Virus record (IMG/VR): IMGVR_UViG_3300021431_000112 | Span: 1-64,000 of that record | Reading direction: 5' to 3' (one strand) | Length of the DNA stretch: 64,000 nucleotides | Source: a virus | Lineage: Duplodnaviria; Caudoviricetes | In this document: one piece after another, positions 1-9,148 of the stretch | Numbering within the stretch: the stretch's first letter is position 1 | How the letters are laid out: each line of letters begins with the position of its first letter | Translations under genes and position numbers: made by a program | Notes under the pieces: generated by a model | The model's input: only the letters and a program-made list of their open reading frames with translations | Database searches by the model: none | What the model was told of the DNA's origin: nothing

Positions 1-1
1 A

Positions 2-91
2 GAATTGAAGAAACAATGGGAAGATGCAGTAATTAAAATGAAGGAATATAGAATGAAAGAGAAAATGGAAAGGATTGATGAGGATTTTTGA
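2..91 (+). CDS. 3' end of a small protein of the C-terminal ...IEKDF family (partial, runs off window start)
   Basis: Frame from position 2 reads ELKKQWEDAVIKMKEYRMKEKMERIDEDF* with stop TGA at 89-91. Confidence 0.7.
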   Translation, partial: ELKKQWEDAVIKMKEYRMKEKMERIDEDF

Positions 92-417
92 TGATTGACC
101 ATAAAGATTTGATAGAATTGAGTTTGAAGACTGGATGGAATTTATTGAATCCAAATAACAATAGAAATAATTCATTTTGTCCGCAAATTGTTTATGGGAA
201 TAGGGAAGATAGTAAGAATTTTTGTTGTCTATGGTGGTGCGATATTGATATGACATTCAAGTTATGTTGTGTTGTGAATGGGCTGCATGTTTTCAATGAT
301 AGGAAATTGAAGTTCAAGAAATTGGAAACTTATGTTAAGTGGTGCAAGAAAGCAGAACTGAAAATGATTGAAAGGAAAAACAAGGAAAAGTTGAAAAAGA
401 TAGAAAAGGATTTTTAA
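88..417 (+). CDS. Hypothetical small protein, IEKDF-tail family
   Basis: 109 aa ORF ending KLKKIEKDF; tightly packed with neighbours. Confidence 0.75.
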   Translation: MMIDHKDLIELSLKTGWNLLNPNNNRNNSFCPQIVYGNREDSKNFCCLWWCDIDMTFKLCCVVNGLHVFNDRKLKFKKLETYVKWCKKAELKMIERKNKEKLKKIEKDF

Positions 418-422
418 AAAAG

Positions 423-773
423 ATGACTGAAAAAGATTTGATAGAACTAAGGGAATATGCAAGGACATTGGGATTCAATGTATTTGAAAGATGGTATGAT
501 GATGAATACACAATAGCGATGCCACAGCATAATAAATTTGATTGTACGAACTGGATTATAGATTGTACATATAATAATAAAACAAGGATTGATATAATTT
601 TAAAGAATAGATTAGAGAATTATATGAGAACTGGAGAAATTGAAAATTATAGAACATATAAAGTAGAGTATTTGAATCTAGACACAATGAAAAGATGGCT
701 TGATTTGATGCTAATAATAAGCAAGAAGTATGAAATCAAAAAGAAACTGGAAAAGATAAAAGGAGATTTTTAA
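423..773 (+). CDS. Hypothetical small protein, IEKDF-tail family
   Basis: 116 aa ending KLEKIKGDF; N-terminus KDLIEL shared with the previous ORF. Confidence 0.75.
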   Translation: MTEKDLIELREYARTLGFNVFERWYDDEYTIAMPQHNKFDCTNWIIDCTYNNKTRIDIILKNRLENYMRTGEIENYRTYKVEYLNLDTMKRWLDLMLIISKKYEIKKKLEKIKGDF

Positions 774-775
774 AG

Positions 776-1213
776 ATGTATTTTATGGTCAAATTTAAAG
801 ATTGTGAAAGGAAATTCCATATAGCATTTTGTCACAAGGATAGGAAGTGCAAGTGCGAGATATGGATGTTAAGTGGATTACCAACGAATGAACTGGAATA
901 CAAGTATCAGCACAGTTTGGTAAGGGGTTGTGTAAATGCGAAGCATCCTGAAACTAATTCAAGGGTATTGGTTGGTAGTGGAATTGCTGAATGTGCGAAA
1001 GAAGATAATTATGTAAAGGCCTATGGGAGATTCCTTTCATTGAAAAGAGCATTGATTGGAATGAAAGATGGTGATGTTGCAGATAAACTAGATTTTGAAG
1101 TAGACAATGAAGTAATTAGGCAATTTTTCCACGAATTGAAGAAACAGTGTTCGCATGGAGTAGAATTGGCGAAGTATCTGGAGAAACTTGGAGATTATAA
1201 TGTTGTGGGATGA
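776..1213 (+). CDS. Hypothetical phage protein
   Basis: 145 aa ORF with AAGGAG 13 nt upstream; contains GIAECAKEDNYVKAYGRFLSLKRAL. Confidence 0.7.
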   Translation: MYFMVKFKDCERKFHIAFCHKDRKCKCEIWMLSGLPTNELEYKYQHSLVRGCVNAKHPETNSRVLVGSGIAECAKEDNYVKAYGRFLSLKRALIGMKDGDVADKLDFEVDNEVIRQFFHELKKQCSHGVELAKYLEKLGDYNVVG

Positions 1214-1598
1214 ATTGGTTGATTATGTCAATAGCAAGTCGCCGAAATTACGGTTTGCTAAAAAAGCAAATAGAATTTTGATTTATTCAAAATGTTTTGT
1301 GCCTTACGGGTGGAAATATGATTATCCTGAAGGACATTATATGTCATTCATCTATTTTCATAGAACAGGAAGAGAAGTGAAGATTACGAATGTTGCACCT
1401 ACAGTTTCAATTAAAAAAAGAACAGATTTAAAGGGATGTGATTCATATTTAGATTTGAAAACTGAACCAACATGTTATATAGAAACTTTTAAAGAATTGA
1501 AAAGCTATATAGAAGATTTCATGAAAGCATTAGCTAATAAAGAAATTGAATTTTTGATGGAAACTAAGCTTAAAAGGATTGAGAAGGATTTTTCTTAA
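1188..1598 (+). CDS. Hypothetical small protein, IEKDF-tail family (contains an in-frame CGG at 1251 that must be read as a triplet)
   Basis: 136 aa ending KLKRIEKDFS; start position uncertain. Confidence 0.7.
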   Translation: MEIIMLWDELVDYVNSKSPKLRFAKKANRILIYSKCFVPYGWKYDYPEGHYMSFIYFHRTGREVKITNVAPTVSIKKRTDLKGCDSYLDLKTEPTCYIETFKELKSYIEDFMKALANKEIEFLMETKLKRIEKDFS

Positions 1599-1607
1599 AA
1601 AAATCTA

Positions 1608-1636
1608 TTGACTTTTCAAGTATAAAAAATTATATT
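1608..1636 (+). promoter_or_regulatory. Sigma70-like early promoter
   Basis: TTGACT, 17-nt spacer, TATATT immediately upstream of the ORF at 1638. Confidence 0.55.
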
Positions 1637-1637
1637 T

Positions 1638-2129
1638 ATGAATATGATTACGATATATTTTGACTTAGATGGAGTTCTGTGCGATTTTGATAAGCAATGC
1701 GATATGATGGATTGCTGGAAAGTAAATGGCAGACCAGATTGGAATAAAATGGATGAGATAGGTCCAAAGTTTTGGAGTGAAATGGAACCTATTGAAACTG
1801 GAATGAAGTTATTGGAACTGGTACAGAATTTTTGTAAAGAACATACAGGAATCCAAGTAGGAATTATGTCTGCAATCCATTTGAAAAATGGAAAAGATGG
1901 AAAAAGAGTTTGGTTGAAGAAATACACCAGTATTAGAGATAACATTATAATCTTGAACAATGGTAGTTTTAAACATAAGTATGCTCAACCAAATTCCATA
2001 TTGGTAGATGATAAACTTTCCAATGTAGAGAATTATAAGTCCACAGGAAACCAAGCAGTATTATTTGATAGAACTGAATCTGTTTATGAACTATTCAACA
2101 AGATCAAGAAGGCAATTGCATTACTATGA
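1638..2129 (+). CDS. HAD-superfamily 5'(3')-deoxyribonucleotidase-like protein
   Basis: Motif I IYFDLDGVLCDF and motif IV ILVDDK. Confidence 0.85.
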   Translation: MNMITIYFDLDGVLCDFDKQCDMMDCWKVNGRPDWNKMDEIGPKFWSEMEPIETGMKLLELVQNFCKEHTGIQVGIMSAIHLKNGKDGKRVWLKKYTSIRDNIIILNNGSFKHKYAQPNSILVDDKLSNVENYKSTGNQAVLFDRTESVYELFNKIKKAIALL

Positions 2130-2503
2130 CGAAAGAAGAACAGAAATACTATGAACTAATCAAGAAATATGATTTGGTTGAAATAGAGAATCATTATGGT
2201 AGTATTGGTAGTGTTATACCAAAGACACCATATAGAGTAGTTGGAACATTCTTGAATTATGATAAAGACAATAATGAATTGTGCATTGCTAGGTCAGTAA
2301 GATTGGATTTAAATGAAGTAATTAGAATGTGTTTTTTTTATACTTCAAAGAAAGACACTCAATATCATTATAACGATTTTATGGACATGAATGAATTTGA
2401 TAAACAAATGGAAGTATTGCTAAGTGAATTCAATGAATGTGTGAAACTAATTAAAGAACACGAAAACAGTAGACGAATCAAGAAAATTGAAGGAATGTTC
2501 TAG
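2126..2503 (+). CDS. Hypothetical small protein, IEKDF-tail family
   Basis: 125 aa ending RIKKIEGMF. Confidence 0.7.
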   Translation: MTKEEQKYYELIKKYDLVEIENHYGSIGSVIPKTPYRVVGTFLNYDKDNNELCIARSVRLDLNEVIRMCFFYTSKKDTQYHYNDFMDMNEFDKQMEVLLSEFNECVKLIKEHENSRRIKKIEGMF

Positions 2504-2887
2504 ATGGTAACTGTAGATGATTTTAAGAAAGAGATAGACAAGTATCCTGTAAAACATTATCAATTACAATTATATCGTGATGAAGATAGGACTTGGTTTA
2601 TTGATGCAGAAGTGAAAACTTGTTATGCAACAAAAATAGTATTTTTATGTAATGGTGATTATATTATATCGTTAGCAGATCATTTAGATACTTATTATGA
2701 TTCTTATTCTAAAGAATATATCATAAATTATTGTCAGTCTAGAGATTATCAAGTAACAGATAATGGTTTTAAATCATTTAAAATACATTTAAAAGAATTG
2801 TATGGGCAATATAAGAAATATATTAAGATGAGTAAAGAAATTAAAATAAAGAAAAAACTTTCTAGAATAGAAAAAGATTTTGCGTAA
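2504..2887 (+). CDS. Hypothetical small protein, IEKDF-tail family
   Basis: 127 aa ending KLSRIEKDFA. Confidence 0.7.
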   Translation: MVTVDDFKKEIDKYPVKHYQLQLYRDEDRTWFIDAEVKTCYATKIVFLCNGDYIISLADHLDTYYDSYSKEYIINYCQSRDYQVTDNGFKSFKIHLKELYGQYKKYIKMSKEIKIKKKLSRIEKDFA

Positions 2888-3174
2888 TGGAATTTGTATT
2901 AAAGAAACTTGCAAAAAAGTATGGAATGAAATTTCATGAAGAAACAGATAATCATCTGTGCTACATAGAAATAACTTTAGAAAAATTAGCATTGACTGTT
3001 GTGTATTATAAAAATGATAATTCTTTTTTACTTTGTTATTATTTCCGCGGTTATGAATACCAAAAGACATTTAAAGATGAATATGTATTGGAAGGAAAAA
3101 TAGTTGAATTATTAAGAAAATATAAGGATTATCTCATAAAAAGAAAACTGGATAGAATAGAAGGAGATTTCTAA
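2887..3174 (+). CDS. Hypothetical small protein, IEKDF-tail family
   Basis: 95 aa ending KLDRIEGDF; stop/start overlap TAATG. Confidence 0.7.
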   Translation: MEFVLKKLAKKYGMKFHEETDNHLCYIEITLEKLALTVVYYKNDNSFLLCYYFRGYEYQKTFKDEYVLEGKIVELLRKYKDYLIKRKLDRIEGDF

Positions 3175-3176
3175 CT

Positions 3177-3731
3177 ATGATTGAAAATGATTTTGTGAAA
3201 CTTCATTTTGATATAGAAAAGGCAAAGAAATTTCAGACTATATTGGATAAACATAAAGTGAAGTTCAATCTAGTAGATAAACTAATTGATATGGAAAGTG
3301 AATATAAAAATAAAAATTATTCAGCAACTGATGTAGATGATGAACTTGAAAGTTTATATGTGACACTTGATATGTGCAAGAAAATCTACAATAAAAAGAT
3401 GATTGATTTTGAAGATACAGCAATAATTTATTTTCACGATATGACTGTTTTAATACCATATGAATCAATTGAATGTGAACTACCATTTAATTTTAAAGAT
3501 GATTATGAAGATTTTAAGACACCAGAAGACATTGATGAATATCTGACAAAATTAGAAAATATGGTTAATTCTTTTAATGAAAAAAGCAAGAATCCAAAAA
3601 TCAAGAAATTGAACAAGATGATTAAGGATGCTGAAAAACGAAGAGAAAAAGCAATGGAAGAATTTGATATAGAAGTTAATAAATATAAACAACAGATAGC
3701 AAAAATTAATAAAATTCATGAGGATTTTTAA
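3177..3731 (+). CDS. Hypothetical protein, IEKDF-tail family
   Basis: 184 aa ending KINKIHEDF. Confidence 0.7.
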   Translation: MIENDFVKLHFDIEKAKKFQTILDKHKVKFNLVDKLIDMESEYKNKNYSATDVDDELESLYVTLDMCKKIYNKKMIDFEDTAIIYFHDMTVLIPYESIECELPFNFKDDYEDFKTPEDIDEYLTKLENMVNSFNEKSKNPKIKKLNKMIKDAEKRREKAMEEFDIEVNKYKQQIAKINKIHEDF

Positions 3732-3733
3732 TT

Positions 3734-4348
3734 ATGAAATATGAACACTTAAACAAAATTGATGTTAGTAGAAAAGAATGGCCTGTAGGAAAGACTGTCA
3801 AGTTGAAGGCATATGCAGCAGAAGATGTAGATGCTGCCATTGAAGAAATTGTCAATTGGTATAAACAAACCAAGGAAGAACTTGATACATTGAAGGAAAC
3901 TTCTAGTAAAACAATCAATGAACTAAATGAAAAGATTACTTCTTTGGTAAACGAAGCAAAGAAATATGAAACAGAAGTTCAGGCCAATGTAGAAGCAATG
4001 GGAGATTACAAAATCCAGATCAAGAATTTGACTGATACATTGACAGAAAAGAATGATTTAATCAAACAACAGAATGACACTATATTGAGAATGAATGTTG
4101 GTGTATCTCACAATCTAGAAGACATTGACAAGCTCAAGAACAAGATCAATGAACTGGAAAACACCATTGAACAGAAGAACAAGGATTTGGAAATTCACAA
4201 GCACAATCTAGAAGAAGAAAGGTTGGCTGTCAAGGTTCTCAAGGAAAAGAATGACAAGATAGAAGAACGATTGAATAGTCTAACCAATACACTAGACAAG
4301 ATTAGTGAATATGCTGAATTCTACAAGAACTTCGCAAAGAGCAACTAA
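3734..4348 (+). CDS. Coiled-coil protein with a weak DivIVA-like N-terminus
   Basis: KAYAAEDVDAAIEEIVNWYKQTKEELDTLKE resembles the DivIVA GYxxxEVDxFLDxV motif; long heptad region follows. Confidence 0.5.
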   Translation: MKYEHLNKIDVSRKEWPVGKTVKLKAYAAEDVDAAIEEIVNWYKQTKEELDTLKETSSKTINELNEKITSLVNEAKKYETEVQANVEAMGDYKIQIKNLTDTLTEKNDLIKQQNDTILRMNVGVSHNLEDIDKLKNKINELENTIEQKNKDLEIHKHNLEEERLAVKVLKEKNDKIEERLNSLTNTLDKISEYAEFYKNFAKSN

Positions 4349-4705
4349 ATGAGAAAAGATGTAAAAGAAGCCATTTTAAAGCATTTTCCTGATGAATGGT
4401 ATGGCACTAATGCAGTGCACTTGAAGAACATTAATGTTCATGTGGAAATTAAAAGCCCTCCAACATACTTCAAAATACATTTAAAAACATGTGTAGATTC
4501 TTTTTCAACAATTAGGGAATTTAATAGGCTAATCTGTAAAGAATCAAAGAAATACCATTTTCCAAGAAGATTCAAGAAATTCAATGTTAAAGATATAGAA
4601 AATGCTTTTTTGGCCGCAAAGAATATAGACAATCAAATAGATTGCTTGATTAAAAAGAAGAAACTACAAAGCACATTGGATAGAATGGAAACAGATTTTA
4701 ACTGA
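4349..4705 (+). CDS. Hypothetical small protein, IEKDF-tail family
   Basis: 118 aa ending TLDRMETDFN. Confidence 0.7.
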   Translation: MRKDVKEAILKHFPDEWYGTNAVHLKNINVHVEIKSPPTYFKIHLKTCVDSFSTIREFNRLICKESKKYHFPRRFKKFNVKDIENAFLAAKNIDNQIDCLIKKKKLQSTLDRMETDFN

Positions 4706-4750
4706 AAAAAAGTATAAATACCATATAAAAAACATATGGGAGATTTTAAA

Positions 4751-5443
4751 ATGGATAACAAAAAATTAGAAGAAGCATTGGAAATCGTAAAAGGTTTTGG
4801 CTATAAGGTCATTAAGGAATCGGAAGATTTTGATGAAACTGATGACAACATCAAGACCATGATTCGTGAATTGGCTGAAGAAACTGGTAACGAAGCAGAA
4901 GATGCAGAAGTTGAATATAACCAAGGACCAGGTGAATATGGCATTATGGTCAAATGGGGTAATGAAGAATACCTTTGTTATGAAACTGAAGACGAAGCAA
5001 AAGATGCTTCTACAGAAGGTATAAAGAATCTATTTGATGACATTGGTTATGAAGGCATCAATTTTGATATGCTCGGTGGAATAGACCAATTCGTTGATAG
5101 GGATTGGTTTGATGATGCAAAGCAAGAATCTGCGGAGTTCTATGTTTCTGACATCAAGGAATCTGAACCTGAAAGATATGAGGAAGAATTTGGTGACTTG
5201 GATGAAGATGAAGCAGTAGAGAAGTATCTCAAAGATGGTTACAGCGATTCTATTGAATGGTACATTGACAATTTTGGAAAGAATGAATTTAATAGAACTG
5301 TTAGAGAGAACAACTTGATTGATGAAGATAAACTTGCAGAAGCCATTACAGAAGAAGATGGCCCTGCCAATGAACTAGCCCGCTACGATGGTAAGGAAAT
5401 TGAATTGCCTTGTGGCTGGTATTGCTATTGCTCTGACAAATAA
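4751..5443 (+). CDS. Acidic protein with an LxEA...GY leader (putative virion internal protein)
   Basis: MDNKKLEEALEIVKGFGYKVIKES; very D/E rich; followed by a terminator. Start at 4736 also possible. Confidence 0.65.
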   Translation: MDNKKLEEALEIVKGFGYKVIKESEDFDETDDNIKTMIRELAEETGNEAEDAEVEYNQGPGEYGIMVKWGNEEYLCYETEDEAKDASTEGIKNLFDDIGYEGINFDMLGGIDQFVDRDWFDDAKQESAEFYVSDIKESEPERYEEEFGDLDEDEAVEKYLKDGYSDSIEWYIDNFGKNEFNRTVRENNLIDEDKLAEAITEEDGPANELARYDGKEIELPCGWYCYCSDK

Positions 5444-5471
5444 TAGAACTTCAATTATAATTTTTTAAAGT

Positions 5472-5500
5472 ACCAGGAAAAATAAATTTCCTGGTTTTTT
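5472..5500 (+). terminator. Intrinsic terminator
   Basis: ACCAGGAAA/TTTCCTGGT stem followed by a T-tract. Confidence 0.75.
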
Positions 5501-5525
5501 CAAGTCTTTTTCTATTTTTGCTTAT

Positions 5526-5843
5526 ATGAATACAGAGCATTTTAATTTATCAGAATTATTATCTACATTTTATTCTTGTGGATGGGTATGTAATTCTATG
5601 GATTTTAAATCAACTGATTGGAATGAATTTGGCTATTATAAAGTTCCTGATCTTATACATATCTCTGTGAAACTCATAAATGATGACATAATCATAAAAA
5701 AGAATTATGACAATGATAAACTATTTAAAGTAAATTATGAGAAAAAATACCAAATTATAAATGAATTATGTTTACCAGAAGATTTTGTCTTCAAATGCTA
5801 TAAAATTAGAGATAAGAAAAAAATTATAGAAGAAATGTTTTAA
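5526..5843 (+). CDS. Hypothetical small protein, IEKDF-tail family
   Basis: 105 aa ending KKIIEEMF. Confidence 0.65.
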   Translation: MNTEHFNLSELLSTFYSCGWVCNSMDFKSTDWNEFGYYKVPDLIHISVKLINDDIIIKKNYDNDKLFKVNYEKKYQIINELCLPEDFVFKCYKIRDKKKIIEEMF

Positions 5844-5853
5844 AGGAAAAAAT

Positions 5854-7681
5854 ATGCAGTCAAACAAGAAAGACATATTGGAATTTATGAAATGTAAACC
5901 ATATCTCACAAAAGAGGATATGAAATCATTGAAGATCAGTCCTGATACAATGAAAGATTTTTGTGAAGAATTTGGTTTTAAAGTAAGCATGTTGAAGTAT
6001 GGTGATGAAGAATATAGATTCTTCAACAAAGACCGGAGTAATGGTTAAGGACTATACACAATTAGAAATAACTGACAATGGTTATTGGAAATTCTCTACA
6101 CAAGTAAGAACGCAGGAAGATTTAGATAAACTATATAAGAGAATTTGTGCTGATGCTAGAAAAAGAAATTTGGTATGTGATGACATTGGAATTTGTCACG
6201 AAAGAATTGAAGATTATAGATTGACTGAATACACAGAAGAAGCACGATTCCCTGATTTTACATTCAAGCAGAAAATCAAGCATGTAAAGGCAAGAAATGC
6301 TAAATCATGGAATTATTGGGATAAATGGAGGGAAATGCCTGAATTCATTTTTGACTTCGTTCCATATTCCTATACAAAAATTCAAATGTACTTCAAGAAA
6401 TCAGATTATTCACTTGAACAATTGATGGAAATCTTTGAACAGTCATTTGGAGTAAGTCCTGAAGACTGTTGGTACCCTATACAGAAATGGCAGGAGCATA
6501 CAAAGCATCGTGTAAGATGGCTTGGTGGCGAACATCCTCGTTATCCAATTTTCGTTGTATCAAGGGGCCGTTCTGGAGAATTTAAGAATCACATCTCGCA
6601 TCAGTTAACAAAGATGCAAGTCAACCATTACATTGTAGTTGAAGATTGGGATTATGACAACTATGTAAACTGTAAGTTGAATGAAAGTCCATACTGCACC
6701 ATTCTCAAAATGGATATGAGTTACAAGGACAAATATGATGTAATCAATCCTGATTTGGGAAGTAAGATAGACCCTAAGAATGGTAAGCCAGTTACAGGCC
6801 CTGGTGCAGCACGAAATTGGGCTGCTGACTATGCTAAGTATACATTGAAACAAAACTGGTGTTGGATTCTTGATGACAACACAGACCAGTTCACTAGATA
6901 CTGGAGAGGACGCCGAGTGATTTCCCATTCACCTGAGATCTTTAGTTCTTGTGAACGATTCGTTGACCGATATACCAACATTGGATTGGCTGGATTGAAC
7001 TATGAATGTTTTGCTATTGGTGGCGAACACATACCACCAATCATCATTAACACCCGTATCTATTCTTATGGGTTATGGAACTTGAACTGTCCTTATGTAA
7101 TGCAGCGTGGCCGCTATAACGAGGACACGATACAATCACTTGACATTCTATCACATGGCTGGTGTACAGTTCAATTCAACTGCATGCTGGCGGATAAGAT
7201 GCATACCCAAGCAGTCAAGGGTGGAAATACGGAAGTATTCTATTCAAAGGATTTGGGTGGAACTATACCAAAGTCACAGTTGTTGGTAGAAACTTATCCA
7301 CAGTATGCGACAATGATTTACAAGTTTGAGAGAATCCATCATCAGGTTGATTACAGTTCGTTCAAGCAAGATCTTCAATTGAAACCAGAGTATGACTATC
7401 TTAAAGACCAGGAAACCAACGTTCCTGACGAGCATGGGGCATATTGTATTCGCATACCATATGACAACTTTGACTGGCTAAGGAATGACGAGTATGACAA
7501 TAGGGCGTATTTGGAGGAGCATTTTCCTAAAGGTTGCCCAGAGGACATTACAAATAGCCGACTATATCTAGATTTTCCAGATATGGAAGATTATGACAAA
7601 TGCCCATACAATTCACCAAAACATGAAGAATTGGCGAAAAAATACCGAGAACACGATGAATTTGAAGGATTCTACTATTAA
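5854..7681 (+). CDS. GT-A fold glycosyltransferase of the TET-associated/GREB1-like (T4 beta-glucosyl-HMC alpha-glucosyltransferase-like) type, about 608 aa, with one C-GGA +1 site at 6034
   Basis: YPIFVVSRGRS, GPGAARN, WILDDN, GRYNEDT, TQAVKGGNT motifs; skipping C6034 (gac c gga gta) fuses ORFs 5854 and 5999. Confidence 0.75.
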
Positions 7682-7717
7682 ACTTAAAAATGGCTGAGGT
7701 TTTCCTTGGTCATTTTT

Positions 7718-7725
7718 CATAAATA
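7718..7725 (+). promoter_or_regulatory. T4-type late promoter (CATAAATA)
   Basis: One mismatch to TATAAATA, upstream of AAGGAG and the ATG at 7761. Confidence 0.55.
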
Positions 7726-7760
7726 GATTATAGTAATAAACCTTATAAGGAGTATATAAA

Positions 7761-8525
7761 ATGAGATTAGACGAAGCTAAAGAAATGTTGCTTGACGAAG
7801 GATATAGAATCATTGGAGAAGATTTTGAAGATGATTCTGTATATGAAGAAGTCCCAGAAACCAATATGGAAGATGGCGATGTATTCACATTCGTTGAACA
7901 GGGTCTTGGTGACGAAGGATTTGATGCACAGGAAGTTGCTGACATTATGTCTACCAATGGAGAACGCATTGAAGATCTCTTTGCCAAGGGTGTAGAAGTA
8001 GAAGACATCATTAAGATTCTTGCTTACGAGAATTGCGAAGAATGTGAAGACGAAGAAAATGACAATGCTGATGATGATGTAGTTGACGATGTTCCAGTTG
8101 ACGAAGCCACTCTTCAGGAAGGAAAGTCCAAACCAAAATCTGATAAGTTCTCACACAAACAGAAAGTAGCAGGAAAGAAAAAGAAATGCTATGATTGTGA
8201 TGATTGTGAAGATTGTGAAGACTGTGACGATGAAGATGACTTGGATGAATCCTTGGAAGATGTTCCTGGTCTTACCCGTGAACCTCGTGGTCAACAAGGC
8301 ACAGACGATTGGTCTGACTTCAAAGACGATTTCCGCAAGAAAACATTGTTCTTGAAGAAGGCCCTAACACCACAGTTCGTATCTGGTATCATTAAGGATA
8401 CTGATTTTGAAGTTGATGAAAAAGACATCAAGGAATATGCCTTCAAGAACATTGAAGAAGTATTTGGTACTAAAGATCCAGTAGCAAATCTTCAAAGAAG
8501 AATTAGAAAGTTCTTTGTTGGTTAA
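7761..8525 (+). CDS. Acidic protein with an LxEAK...GY leader and a Cys/Asp-rich tract
   Basis: MRLDEAKEMLLDEGYRII; CYDCDDCEDCEDCDDED. Confidence 0.7.
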   Translation: MRLDEAKEMLLDEGYRIIGEDFEDDSVYEEVPETNMEDGDVFTFVEQGLGDEGFDAQEVADIMSTNGERIEDLFAKGVEVEDIIKILAYENCEECEDEENDNADDDVVDDVPVDEATLQEGKSKPKSDKFSHKQKVAGKKKKCYDCDDCEDCEDCDDEDDLDESLEDVPGLTREPRGQQGTDDWSDFKDDFRKKTLFLKKALTPQFVSGIIKDTDFEVDEKDIKEYAFKNIEEVFGTKDPVANLQRRIRKFFVG

Positions 8526-8551
8526 TTAACAAAATTTAAATTTTCCACATT

Positions 8552-8589
8552 AAAGGTCCTTCCACAAAAAGGACCTTTTCTTATAAATA
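8552..8589 (+). terminator. Intrinsic terminator fused to a late promoter TATAAATA (8582-8589)
   Basis: AAAGGTCCTT/AAGGACCTTT stem, then TTATAAATAG. Confidence 0.7.
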
Positions 8590-8614
8590 GTATATAGGTG
8601 TATAGGAGTTAAAT

Positions 8615-8878
8615 ATGGATTTGAATGAAGCTTTTCAGATACTAACAAAGAATGGATATATCACCATATCCGACAAGATAGAACTTACGAAAGCCGAGAT
8701 AGAGAAGGCTAGTAAAGAGTATGCAGCATACCGAAAGGTAGCAGAGCAGAAAATCGGAGCAGAGAATGGTGCTTTAGTAGATGATGAAACTGGTGAATAT
8801 GTAGTAACAACGGAACCAGATGTAGCTTTCCGAGCTGGTGTGAAATGGGCCCTTAAACGAATTAATCAAAAGGTGTAA
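8615..8878 (+). CDS. Small protein with an LNEA...GY leader
   Basis: MDLNEAFQILTKNGY; AGGAG RBS. Confidence 0.7.
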   Translation: MDLNEAFQILTKNGYITISDKIELTKAEIEKASKEYAAYRKVAEQKIGAENGALVDDETGEYVVTTEPDVAFRAGVKWALKRINQKV

Positions 8879-8880
8879 TT

Positions 8881-9148
8881 ATGCATTTGAACGAAGCCAA
8901 ACAATTATTAGAAAAAAAATGGATATAGGGTTTTGAACGAAGAAACCTATGAGAAAGAATACTTAGACAAATTGCGTGAATTTATAATGAAAAAGGCCGA
9001 AGAAGAAAATTTTACTGTTAACGAAGATGAACTTGAATCAGTAATGTTTGAAGCTTTTGAAAGGGATATGGATTTGGAAACTGCTAAAGAAAAGGTTTGG
9101 AATGCAGTTTACATTGACAAGAACGGCACCGGATTGGAGATTGAATAA
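8881..9148 (+). CDS. Small protein with an LNEAK...GY leader, interrupted by a +1 shift in an A8 run (8912-8919)
   Basis: MHLNEAKQLLEK then removing one base gives NGYRVLNEETYEKEY, joining ORF 8933-9148. Confidence 0.6.

Noticed and set aside
7613-8011. Minus-strand Ser-rich ORF and the many other 60-150 aa minus-strand ORFs in the track
   Set aside because: They overlap well-supported plus-strand genes and show antisense-type composition; only the amidase has recognisable motifs.
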